Part shown: positions 1-8,572 of the stretch, piece after piece | How the letters are laid out: every line of letters starts with the position of its first letter | Numbering within the stretch: position 1 is the stretch's first letter | Assembly (NCBI GenBank): GCA_913009875.1 | Contig: CAJVYS010000004.1 | Location: forward strand, 4,137 to 68,136 | Reading direction: 5' to 3' | Source of the DNA: an uncultured Gammaproteobacteria bacterium | Lineage (GTDB): Bacteria; Pseudomonadota; Gammaproteobacteria; SZUA-152 | DNA: 64,000 nucleotides | Made by a program: the position numbers and the translations under genes | The notes under the pieces: model-generated | The model's database searches: none | What the model was told of the DNA's origin: nothing | The model's input: the letters and a program-made list of their open reading frames with translations, nothing else

Positions 1-1257
1 TTCGACATCGCCGCTGTCTTAATCACCGCCTCGGCGCTGTTCAGCTTCATCAACCATCGCTACATCAAGCTGCCCACCACCATTGGTCTGATGCTGATCG
101 CGCTGGTGGTGTCGTTGATGCTGCTGGCGGCCGGTAAGCTGGGGCTGGGGCATATCCAAACGCACGCAGAAACTTTGCTCGGTTCCATCGATTTCAACCA
201 GACCCTGATGGAGGGCATGCTGAGCTTCCTGCTGTTCGCCGGCGCCCTGCACATCAACTTGGCCCATCTGGCCAAGCAGAAGTGGATTATCTCCAGCCTC
301 GCCACCATCGGCATTCTCACCTCGACCTTTCTCATCGGCGGCGCGAGCTATTACGTCCTCGCCTGGCTGGGCGTCCAGCTGCCCTTTATCTACTGCCTGC
401 TGTTCGGTGCGCTGATCTCGCCCACCGATCCCATCGCCGTGCTCGGCATCCTCAAGACCGCCAACGCGCCGAAGACACTGGAGACCAAGATCGCCGGTGA
501 ATCCCTGTTCAACGACGGCATGGCGGTGGTGGTGTTCATCGTCCTGCTGGGTATCGCCAGTGGCGGCGAGGAGGTCACCGCCGGGCATATCGCGATACTG
601 TTCCTCGAAGAGGCGGTGGGCGGCGTGGCCTTCGGCCTTGCCATCGGCTGGCTGGCCTATCTGATGCTCAAGCAGGTGGACAATTATCAGGTGGAGATCC
701 TGATCACCCTGGCGGTGGTGATGGGTGGCTATTCGCTGGCCTCGGCGATCCATGTCTCCGGGCCGATTGCGGTGGTGGTGGCGGGGTTGCTGATCGGCAA
801 CCATGGCCGTCTGCTGGCCATGTCCGACAAGAGTCGCGAACACCTCGATACCTTTTGGGAGCTGCTGGACGAAATCCTCAATGCGGTGCTGTTCGTGTTG
901 ATTGGGCTTGAGGTGCTGGTGTTGACCTTCAGCCCGGCGTTGCTCACCGCAGCAGTGGTGCTGATCCCGGTAGTACTCGCTGCGCGTATGATCAGCGTCA
1001 GCATCCCCGTCCATCTGCTTAGCCTGCGGCGTGCCTTTTCGCCGGGGGTGATCAAGATCCTCACCTGGGGCGGACTGCGCGGTGGTGTCTCGGTGGCCCT
1101 GGCGCTGGCCCTGCCCGCCGGCGAAGCGCGCGAAATCATCCTCGCCATTACCTATGTGATCGTCGTATTCTCCATTTCCGTGCAGGGGCTCACTATCGGC
1201 AGGCTGGTGAAGAGCGTCACCCGTGCGGGATCAAGTAGCGCAATGCGCGGCCGCTAA
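1..1257 (+). CDS. Na+/H+ antiporter, CPA1/NhaP-type. 5' end lies upstream of the window; the reading frame is open from base 1.
   Basis: Multi-TM hydrophobic protein; typical CPA1 motifs (LFGALISPTDP, GESLFNDG); frame continuous from position 1 through the annotated ORF 91..1257. Confidence 0.85.
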   Translation, partial: FDIAAVLITASALFSFINHRYIKLPTTIGLMLIALVVSLMLLAAGKLGLGHIQTHAETLLGSIDFNQTLMEGMLSFLLFAGALHINLAHLAKQKWIISSLATIGILTSTFLIGGASYYVLAWLGVQLPFIYCLLFGALISPTDPIAVLGILKTANAPKTLETKIAGESLFNDGMAVVVFIVLLGIASGGEEVTAGHIAILFLEEAVGGVAFGLAIGWLAYLMLKQVDNYQVEILITLAVVMGGYSLASAIHVSGPIAVVVAGLLIGNHGRLLAMSDKSREHLDTFWELLDEILNAVLFVLIGLEVLVLTFSPALLTAAVVLIPVVLAARMISVSIPVHLLSLRRAFSPGVIKILTWGGLRGGVSVALALALPAGEAREIILAITYVIVVFSISVQGLTIGRLVKSVTRAGSSSAMRGR

Positions 1258-1306
1258 TCGGAGGGCGCAGCGCCTATTCCCGAGACCCCGACAAACAACG
1301 GCCAAC

Positions 1307-2185
1307 GTGACCCAGCATTCGACAACTTCCCGCTCCTGGCTGATCCTGTTACTCGGTGGATTATGGCTGCTGTGCGCCACCGGCCTGCAAGCCGGCAGCC
1401 ACGCCGAATCACCCCCGGCATACCGCTTCGGCATCTTCCCCTACCTGAGCCCGACACGCATCGAGCAGGCCTATGCCCCTCTGGCCGCCGCCTTTGCCGA
1501 ACTGCTCGGCCATCCGCTGCGCCTGGGTACGGCGAAGGATCTTGACACCTTTCGTGCCCGCCTGCTGCGCGGCGACTTCGACATCGCCCTCGTGCCCCCC
1601 TTTGCCGTGGTGCCGCTGGTTGACCGCAGGGGCTACACTCCGCTGGCACGGCGGCCATCGAACCCTGCGCGCATCGTGGTGTTGATCAACAGCCCGTTGA
1701 AGCACGTCGGCGATCTGCGTGACCAGACCCTGGGCCTGCCGCCGGCCCGCTCCCTGGTCAATGTGATCATTCGGGTTGACCTGGACGAACGGGGCTTATG
1801 GGCCGGCAGGGACTTTCAGGCCCGGCATTTTCCCAGCACCCCCGCCTGCCTGCACAATCTGCTGGTCAACCGCGTCGATGCCTGTGCCACCGGCGGCGGT
1901 GCTGGCCTGCGCTCATTCGAGCGCAAGATGGGGGTCAAGCTGCGCACCCTCTATCAGACCCAACCCTTTCCGCACATGCTGTTCATCACCCGGCCGGACT
2001 TCCCGGCTGATGAGGCCAACAAGCTGAAGCAGTTTATCCTCGGTTTGGGGGAAAGCGCCGAAGGACGCGAATTGCTCCGGCAAATCGGCCCGGACAGTCG
2101 TTTTGTGCCCTATCGCCCGGCGGACTACGATGTCATTCGCCGCTACCACAAAACCATGCAACGCCATGCCCAGATTCTCCCTTAA
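1307..2185 (+). CDS. PhnD/SsuA-like periplasmic substrate-binding protein (phosphonate-ABC-type fold), sensor-associated
   Basis: Signal peptide (WLILLLGGLWLLCATGLQA) followed by a PhnD-like domain (FGIFPYLSP...DIALVPPFA...); start chosen at GTG 1307 (the ORF also opens at GTG 1223, overlapping the antiporter end); directly upstream of and overlapping a sensor kinase gene. Confidence 0.6.
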   Translation: MTQHSTTSRSWLILLLGGLWLLCATGLQAGSHAESPPAYRFGIFPYLSPTRIEQAYAPLAAAFAELLGHPLRLGTAKDLDTFRARLLRGDFDIALVPPFAVVPLVDRRGYTPLARRPSNPARIVVLINSPLKHVGDLRDQTLGLPPARSLVNVIIRVDLDERGLWAGRDFQARHFPSTPACLHNLLVNRVDACATGGGAGLRSFERKMGVKLRTLYQTQPFPHMLFITRPDFPADEANKLKQFILGLGESAEGRELLRQIGPDSRFVPYRPADYDVIRRYHKTMQRHAQILP

Positions 2186-4385
2186 ATTCCGTATCACGGT
2201 GACCATGTTCCTGCTCCAGGCCGCGATTCTTGGCGCGGTGCTGACGCAGGCCCTGTCCAACTATCTCGATGGCAGTCGCGAACAGCTGCAGCAGCAGGAG
2301 ATCGTTTCTCTTGACCTGATCGAGGGCTTTGCCCGCACCGCCCTGCTGACCAATCAGTATGATGACATCCAGCCGCAGCTGGAACAGCTCACCCGTAACG
2401 CATTCATCGAACTGGTGGTGCTGGCGGACGAATGGGGGATCATCGTTGCCTCCAGTGAGCCCGGTTGGGTCACCAAGTCACTGGTGGAAATGAAGGACTA
2501 TGCCAACTATCCACAGCGGCTGTGGAAGGAACGCATCCTGGAAAATGCCACCGGGCCACTGGGTACGCTGGGCATCGCCTTCTCTGAGGCGCCGCTGATT
2601 GCCCTGCACGACCGGGTACAGGCGCTGGCTGTCGGCTGGTCTGCCGGCGGGCTGATCCTGATCCTGCTGGTGTCCCTGCTCAGCGCCCACGTCCTTACCC
2701 GCCGCCTGGAACGCATCACCCAGGCCGCCAACGCCGTCGCCGGTGGCGATCTCAACGCCCGTTCGGGGATTACCGGCAACGATGAAATCGCCGAACTCGG
2801 CAGCGTCTTCGATGGTATGGTGTCGAGCATACGCATCGAGCGCGACCGGCTGGCGGAACGCGAACAGCACCTGTCCCTGACCCTCAACAGCATCGGTGAT
2901 GGTGTGATCGTTACCGATGCCGAGGGGCGTATCACGCGAATGAACCCGGTGGCTGAATCCCTTACCGGTTGGCACCAGGACGAGGCCGAGGGGCACCCGC
3001 TGCCGGAGGTGTTCCGCATCATCAGCGCCATCACCCGCGAGCCGGTGGACAACCCGGTGGACAAGGTGCTGGAGAGCCAGCACATCGTTGGCCTTGCCAA
3101 CCACACCGTATTGATCAGCAAGAGCGGCCATGAATACCAGATTGCCGACAGCGGTGCACCCATCATCGATGGCCACGGCAACACCCTCGGCATCATCCTG
3201 GTGTTCCGTGATGTTACCGATGAATATGCACAGCAGGCGGCGCTGAGCACGAGCCAGAAAATGCTCTCTGAGGCGCAGCGTATCTCGCATGTCGGCAGCT
3301 GGGAGCTGGAGCCGAAACACGACCGGCTGCGCTGGTCCGAGGAGACATACCGTATCTTCGAACTCGACCCGGATTCACTGAGTCATCTGTCCGGTGAGCA
3401 GTTTTTTGCGGCCCACATCGAGTATTTCCGTAACACTGTGCACCCGGACGACCTGCCGCTGCTCGATGCGGCCTATACGGCATCAGTGAAGGACCACACT
3501 CCGTTTGAAAACCGGCACCGCCTGCAGATGCCCGACGGACGCATCAAATACGTGCACGAACGCGGCGAAACCCTCTACGATAGCGACGGTACCCCCCTGC
3601 GCAGCATCGGCACGGTGCAGAATGTCACTGAACGGACGCTCGTTGAGCAGGAACTGGCGGCCTACCGTAATACCCTGGAGAAGCGAGTCGCGGCACGTAC
3701 CGCAGATCTGCTCACCGCCAATGAGGAACTGGAGGCCTTTGCCTATTCGGTGTCGCACGACCTGCGTGCGCCGTTGCGGGCCATTCATGGCTTCAGCCAG
3801 ATCCTGCAGGAAGATTACGGCAAGCTGCTCGATGATGAGGGGCGCGACTATCTGCAGCGCGTGTGCACCAACACCAAGCGCATGGGCGAACTCATCGACG
3901 ACCTGCTCAGCCTGTCCCGTATCAGTCGTCACCAGCTGAATATCAGCAGCGTATCTCTCACCGCCCTGGCCCGGGAAACCGGTGAGACACTGCAGAGGCA
4001 GAATCCCGAACGCCAGATTCACTTCGATATTCAAGCGGACGTCTCGGCCCCAGGGGACATCAGCCTGCTGCGTATCATGCTGGTAAACCTGCTCGGCAAC
4101 GCCTGGAAATACACCAGCAAATCCGACAATGTGCAAATCCACTTTGGCCGTTGTCTGCAGAATGACCATCAGGTCTTCTTCGTCCGCGACAATGGCGTGG
4201 GCTTTGACGGCCAGTACGCCAGCCAGCTTTTCACCCCTTTTCATCGTCTGCACACGGCCTACGAATTCGAAGGCACTGGCATTGGCCTGGCCACGGTGCA
4301 ACGCATCGTCCAGCGCCACGGCGGTCGAATCTGGGCCGAGGCCGAACCCGGCAAGGGCGCGACGTTTTATTTCACCCTCGGCTGA
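2166..4385 (+). CDS. Membrane sensor histidine kinase (TM - HAMP - PAS - PAS - HisKA - HATPase_c), no receiver domain
   Basis: N-terminal TM helix; HAMP-like segment; two PAS-like blocks (LNSIGDGVIVTD..., ISHVGSWELE...); HisKA H-box (SVSHDLRAPLRAI); HATPase G-boxes (GTGIGLATV); 20-nt overlap with the upstream SBP gene. Confidence 0.8.
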   Translation: MPRFSLKFRITVTMFLLQAAILGAVLTQALSNYLDGSREQLQQQEIVSLDLIEGFARTALLTNQYDDIQPQLEQLTRNAFIELVVLADEWGIIVASSEPGWVTKSLVEMKDYANYPQRLWKERILENATGPLGTLGIAFSEAPLIALHDRVQALAVGWSAGGLILILLVSLLSAHVLTRRLERITQAANAVAGGDLNARSGITGNDEIAELGSVFDGMVSSIRIERDRLAEREQHLSLTLNSIGDGVIVTDAEGRITRMNPVAESLTGWHQDEAEGHPLPEVFRIISAITREPVDNPVDKVLESQHIVGLANHTVLISKSGHEYQIADSGAPIIDGHGNTLGIILVFRDVTDEYAQQAALSTSQKMLSEAQRISHVGSWELEPKHDRLRWSEETYRIFELDPDSLSHLSGEQFFAAHIEYFRNTVHPDDLPLLDAAYTASVKDHTPFENRHRLQMPDGRIKYVHERGETLYDSDGTPLRSIGTVQNVTERTLVEQELAAYRNTLEKRVAARTADLLTANEELEAFAYSVSHDLRAPLRAIHGFSQILQEDYGKLLDDEGRDYLQRVCTNTKRMGELIDDLLSLSRISRHQLNISSVSLTALARETGETLQRQNPERQIHFDIQADVSAPGDISLLRIMLVNLLGNAWKYTSKSDNVQIHFGRCLQNDHQVFFVRDNGVGFDGQYASQLFTPFHRLHTAYEFEGTGIGLATVQRIVQRHGGRIWAEAEPGKGATFYFTLG

Positions 4386-4428
4386 TTTTCCTGCAACCCC
4401 AGCCCAAAACCTCAGGCTTGTTACGGAC

Positions 4429-4460
4429 TTGACGCAATTAATGAGAATCATTACCATTTA
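4429..4460 (+). promoter_or_regulatory. Promoter with Fur box (AATTAATGAGAATCATTACC) upstream of fbpA
   Basis: Close match to the Fur consensus GATAATGATAATCATTATC, overlapped by TTGACG -35-like hexamer; GAGG RBS then ATG 4476. Confidence 0.5.
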
Positions 4461-4475
4461 AGAGGTCCAACAGGC

Positions 4476-5498
4476 ATGGTTCTCACGATGAAAGCAAAAA
4501 GCACACTCTCCGCCCTACTACTGGGCGTCACGTTGTTCAGCGCCCTCCCTGCAGTTGCCGGCGAGGCGCTGGTGATCTACTCCGGGCGCAGCGACAAATT
4601 CGTCAAACCGGTGATTAAGGTCTTCACCGAGCAGACCGGCATTCCCGTGACCCTGCACAGCGGCAAGTCCACTGCCCTGCTTAATAAGCTCATGCTGGAA
4701 GGTGCTGCCACCTCGGCCGACCTGTTCCTTAGCAACGACGCCGGCAATCTGCAAAAGGGCAGCGACCTGGATCTGTTCCAGCCCGTTAACGCCGCTCTGG
4801 CCGCCCCCATCGCCGCCAACTACCGCGCCAGCGACAACAGCTGGATCGGCCTCTCGGCCCGCGCCCGCGTACTGGTGGTTAACACCGAGGGTGAATGGGC
4901 GAACAAGCTGGACTCCGTGTTCGATCTTGCCGACCCGGCGCTAAAGGGCAAGCTGGGCATCACCAATTCCACCAACGGCAGTTATATCGCCGGGGTTACC
5001 GTTTACATGCTTGCCGCCGGCAAGGAAAAGACCCGCCAGTGGCTCGAGGGCATCAAGGCCAACGCCGAGGGCAAGGTCTTCAACAAGCACAGCAAGATCG
5101 TCAAGGCAGTGGCTCGGGGCAAGAAACAGGTGGGGTTGGTGAACCACTATTACATCTATCGCCATCTCGCCAAGTACCCGGAGGCGCCAATCAAGATCGT
5201 GCTGCCGGATCAGGGCCCTAAGGACATCGGCGTGGCCTGGAATGTCGCTGGCGTGGCCATCAGCAGGCACAGCAAGAAACGCGCGCAGGCCGAGAAGCTG
5301 GTGGCCTTCCTGATCTCCGAGGCGGGGCAGAAAATGTTCGCCGAGATGAATATGGAGTACCCCACGCGTGACGGTGTGTCCGCTGCCAAGCAGGTGCCAC
5401 CGGCCGGCAGCTACAAGGTGGCCGATGTGCCCATGGCTGAGCTGGGTCGGCAGCGCGACGCCACCCTCGACCTCATCGAAGCCGTGGGTATGCCTTGA
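4476..5498 (+). CDS. fbpA: Fe(3+) ABC transporter periplasmic substrate-binding protein (FbpA/AfuA-like)
   Basis: Signal peptide, family-1 solute-binding fold, Fur box upstream, followed by a two-domain iron permease. Confidence 0.7.
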   Translation: MVLTMKAKSTLSALLLGVTLFSALPAVAGEALVIYSGRSDKFVKPVIKVFTEQTGIPVTLHSGKSTALLNKLMLEGAATSADLFLSNDAGNLQKGSDLDLFQPVNAALAAPIAANYRASDNSWIGLSARARVLVVNTEGEWANKLDSVFDLADPALKGKLGITNSTNGSYIAGVTVYMLAAGKEKTRQWLEGIKANAEGKVFNKHSKIVKAVARGKKQVGLVNHYYIYRHLAKYPEAPIKIVLPDQGPKDIGVAWNVAGVAISRHSKKRAQAEKLVAFLISEAGQKMFAEMNMEYPTRDGVSAAKQVPPAGSYKVADVPMAELGRQRDATLDLIEAVGMP

Positions 5499-5532
5499 TT
5501 TGGGCGTGACTACGCAACGCCTGGCCTTGAAT

Positions 5533-5640
5533 CACCACCGTGGCCGGGCAGAAGACTGTGGGAGCGGCTCATCGTGCCCTTTGGGTATCAGCCGCGAAGC
5601 TCTTGCCAAACAATGCTTCGCGGCTGAAGCCGCTCCTACA
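5533..5640. repeat. REP-type palindromic element (GTGGGAGCGGCT...GCGGCTGAAGCCGCTCCTACAGG)
   Basis: Same motif family recurs at 21.3, 28.2, 55.5 and 57.8 kb. Confidence 0.5.
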
Positions 5641-5660
5641 GGTATCCCGTGGTTTCAAAC

Positions 5661-7256
5661 ATGACCACAGCCACCCGGCCCCGCCTTCTCACTTTTCACT
5701 TCTCCCCCCTCGCCACCCTGGCAAGCCTGGTGGTGCTGGCGGCCGCCATCCCGCTGCTGTACGTGGTCTGGAACAGCCTGCAACTGAGTGGTCCGCAATG
5801 GGCGGGATTATGGACGTCGCGCCTGCCAACACTGCTATGGAATACCCTCTCTCTGGCCCTGCTGGTGGCCATCGGCAGCGTACTGCTGGGTGTCTCCAGC
5901 GCCTGGCTGATTGCGCGGCGAGAATTCGCTGGCCGACGACTGGCGGTGTGGCTAATGGTGCTGCCGCTGACCATCCCCACCTACGTCTTCGCCCATATCT
6001 ACACCACCCTGCTGGAAGACGACGGCTGGCTCGGCCAACTGTGGATCGCCCTGTTTGACAGCGACCAATACCTGCCCGATCTGTTCAACGTCTGGGGCGC
6101 CACCCTGATCCTGACCCTGGCGGGCTTTTCTTACGTTTTTCTGCTCGCGCATTCAGCGCTGGGGGTTTCCACCCGCAGCCTGGAGGAGGCCGCACGCATC
6201 CAGGGCGCCTCGCGCGCCGAGGTGTTCTGGCGTATCAACCTGCCCCTACTGCGCCCGGCCATCGCCGCTGCGCTGGCGGTGGTGGTGCTGCACGTGCTGT
6301 CCGATTTTGGCGCCGTGAGCATGCTGCAATATCAGACCTTTACCCTGAGTATTTATCTGCAAATGAGCGGCCGCTTCAATTACCAGGCCGCCGCCGGGCT
6401 GTCGCTGGTGCTGGTGCTGCTGAGTCTCACCTTCCTGCTGCTGGAGCGCTTTTTCCGCAGCCGTCAGCGCTACTACTCGACCCGTCAGCCACGCCGTCAA
6501 CTGCGCCGCCGCGCCAATATGCTGGAGACCGGCCTGATCTGGGGCTGGCTGGGGCTGATCACCCTGCTGGCCTTCGGCCTGCCGCTGGCGTGGATGCTGA
6601 GCTGGAGTTGGGTGGCCTGGCAGGAACAGCTCATCGATGCGGAATTCTGGGGCTATGTGCGCAACTCACTGCTGGTTGCCGTACTGGCCGCCAGCGTGGC
6701 ACTGGTTGTTGCCCTGCCCGTTGCCCTCTATCACGCCCGCAAGCGCAATCTGCTGGGTGGTATCCTACTGCAGCTCTCCAGTGTCGGCTTCGTGCTACCC
6801 GGGCCGGTCATCGCGCTGGGTATCCTTAGCTTCTTCCTCGCCCAGCTGCCCTTGCTCTACGGCGGTATGACGGCGCTGGTGATCGCCCTGGTGATCCGCT
6901 TCCTGCCGCTGGCGGTGCAATCACAGGACGCCGCCATGGCCCAGCTCACCCCTTCCCTCGAACAGGCCAGCCGCAGCCTTGGCGCGGGGCCGCTGGAGAC
7001 CCTGTGGCACATCACTCTGCCGATGATCCGCGGCGGCATGGCCACCGCCTGGGTGCTGGTGTTCATCGACGCATTGAAGGAACTGCCGGCGACCCTGATC
7101 CTGCGCCCCACCGGCTTCGACACCCTGCCGGTGCGGATCTGGATCGAGGCCAGTGAGGAGATGCTGGAACTGGCCGCCCCGGCGGCGCTGATGCTGGTGA
7201 TCGGCACCCTGCCGGTGCTGTGGATCCTGCTGCGCGGTGAGCGCCGCGGTGCTTGA
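5661..7256 (+). CDS. fbpB: Fe(3+) ABC transporter permease, fused two-domain FbpB/HitB-like
   Basis: ~530 aa with duplicated 6-TM permease halves (EAA-like loops); downstream of fbpA; no cognate ATPase follows. Confidence 0.7.
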   Translation: MTTATRPRLLTFHFSPLATLASLVVLAAAIPLLYVVWNSLQLSGPQWAGLWTSRLPTLLWNTLSLALLVAIGSVLLGVSSAWLIARREFAGRRLAVWLMVLPLTIPTYVFAHIYTTLLEDDGWLGQLWIALFDSDQYLPDLFNVWGATLILTLAGFSYVFLLAHSALGVSTRSLEEAARIQGASRAEVFWRINLPLLRPAIAAALAVVVLHVLSDFGAVSMLQYQTFTLSIYLQMSGRFNYQAAAGLSLVLVLLSLTFLLLERFFRSRQRYYSTRQPRRQLRRRANMLETGLIWGWLGLITLLAFGLPLAWMLSWSWVAWQEQLIDAEFWGYVRNSLLVAVLAASVALVVALPVALYHARKRNLLGGILLQLSSVGFVLPGPVIALGILSFFLAQLPLLYGGMTALVIALVIRFLPLAVQSQDAAMAQLTPSLEQASRSLGAGPLETLWHITLPMIRGGMATAWVLVFIDALKELPATLILRPTGFDTLPVRIWIEASEEMLELAAPAALMLVIGTLPVLWILLRGERRGA

Positions 7257-7274
7257 TTTGCTTACTCAAAATCA

Positions 7275-7300
7275 CCACAGAGGACACAGAGAACACAGAG
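7275..7300. repeat. Partial copy of MITE-like TIR (CCACAGAGGACACAGAGAACACAGAG)
   Basis: Matches the 26-bp terminal inverted repeats of elements at 53454-53599 and 56400-56532. Confidence 0.4.
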
Positions 7301-7338
7301 AAAGAACCCATTTTATTAGTTTCAGCTAAAGGTTAAAA

Positions 7339-7366
7339 CCACCGCCTTTAGGTGGTCAGATTTATC
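7339..7366 (+). terminator. Putative intrinsic terminator after fbpB
   Basis: CCACCGCC-TTTA-GGTGG hairpin followed by TCAGATTTATC. Confidence 0.35.
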
Positions 7367-7428
7367 AGCCATGTTTGGTGTGTGAGCGTTGAAGTTGGAG
7401 AGGGCAGTTGCCTCTCAGGTAGGATGCT

Positions 7429-7640
7429 GGTGAGCGGAGCGAACCGCATCGGTCGCGTCTCTGGAGTCTGTGCAGGCGCCCATCGGGAGGTCTTCAGCTC
7501 TCGAATGATGCGGTTCGTGGAACTCACCGGCATCCTACAGGAAGTTCCAAAGTGGCCTTCAAGAACGGGTCTATTGACCCGTATCCGGACTTTCAGTCCG
7601 TTAAACTAACCCACCAGCTTTAGCTGGTGGTTGTTGAGTG
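7429..7640 (+). ncRNA. Candidate structured RNA/repeat element, copy 1: conserved core 7507-7640 plus an upstream inverted arm 7429-7451
   Basis: Core shares ~85% identity in blocks with 37743-37892; hairpins GATGCGG..CCGGCATC, CGGACT-TTC-AGTCCG, CCACCAGC-TTTA-GCTGGTGG followed by TTGTTGAGTG; arm 7429-7451 is the reverse complement of 7507-7540. Confidence 0.4.
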
Positions 7641-7657
7641 GGTGCTAAGGTTGTGCC

Positions 7658-8401
7658 GTGAAGCTCCACATTCTGAATGACCTACATATTGAGTTCGAAG
7701 ACTTCGAGCCACCGGCAACCGATGCTGATGTCATCGTTCTTGCCGGCGATATCGGCGTGGGTACGGGTGGGCTGCGCTGGGCAGAAGCCAAGTTTCCGGA
7801 GCGGCCAGTAATCTACGTGCCGGGGAACCACGAGTTCTACCATCATGATATTGCACTGATTGACGAGCTGAAGTCAGAGGCGCCCGATAATATTCACGTA
7901 CTGAACGACGATCAGGTCATCATCGGCGAGGTACGATTCCTGGGCAGTGTCCTGTGGACGGACTTCGCCGTGTTTGGCGAGGCGGACAAGTTTTTTGCCA
8001 TGCAGCAGGCGCGACAGCAGATGGCGGATTTTTCCATTATTCAAAATCATGGGCAGCGATTCACTCCTGAGGATGCCGCCAGGCTGCACACAGCAAGTCG
8101 GGACTGGTTGGCCGTCATGCTGGCGGAACCCTTCGCCGGCAAGACGGTGGTGGTCACCCATCATGCCCCTTCATCCCGGTCGGTGCATCCAAGGTATGCG
8201 CATGACCTGCTGACCCCGGCCTTCGCCAGCAAGCTCGAAAATCTCATGGATGGCGGTCGGGCAGCACTGTGGCTTCATGGGCACATGCATGAGTCTTTCG
8301 ATTACGAGGTCTATGGCACGCGGGTAATCTGCAACCCGCGCGGCTATGCCCCAAAGGCACTGAATCCGGACTTCAGGCCGGATTGGGTCGTGAAGATCTG
8401 A
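7658..8401 (+). CDS. Calcineurin-like metallophosphoesterase (standalone, 247 aa), GTG start
   Basis: Motifs LNDLHIE (D-x-H), LAGDIG (GD), GNHE, plus later His-rich blocks; AAGG RBS before GTG. Confidence 0.75.
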   Translation: MKLHILNDLHIEFEDFEPPATDADVIVLAGDIGVGTGGLRWAEAKFPERPVIYVPGNHEFYHHDIALIDELKSEAPDNIHVLNDDQVIIGEVRFLGSVLWTDFAVFGEADKFFAMQQARQQMADFSIIQNHGQRFTPEDAARLHTASRDWLAVMLAEPFAGKTVVVTHHAPSSRSVHPRYAHDLLTPAFASKLENLMDGGRAALWLHGHMHESFDYEVYGTRVICNPRGYAPKALNPDFRPDWVVKI

Positions 8402-8572
8402 ATAGCGAAATTTTCGACAACAGTGAAGGCCATTCGATATATGCTGACCGGTCGGCACAGAACCCCGGTATATTCGTTGCCAGCGCGGCGGCCCATGGCC
8501 CGAAAAACATGCCCAACGATTTCAATGCCTGCGAAGGTCAAAATTCGTAAACGAAAAAGGACTGCAATAAAT

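Noticed and set aside
7352-7609. 85-aa and 86-aa ORFs (7352-7609 and 37592-37852) running through the two copies of the structured element and sharing a C-terminal peptide (…LTGIL…TGL…IRTFSP)
   Set aside because: The N-terminal two-thirds are unrelated. Nucleotide conservation continues past both stop codons into the shared terminator hairpin. The substitutions are compensatory within stems. The peptide similarity is a by-product of DNA/RNA-level conservation.
7429-7640. tmRNA, 6S RNA, retron msr/msd or a tRNA gene as the identity of the repeated element
   Set aside because: No tRNA-like 5'/3' pairing, no tag-peptide reading frame ending in a stop, no reverse transcriptase nearby, and no central bubble of 6S type. 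The separate tRNA 3' fragment at 13625-13663 has no sequence similarity to the element.
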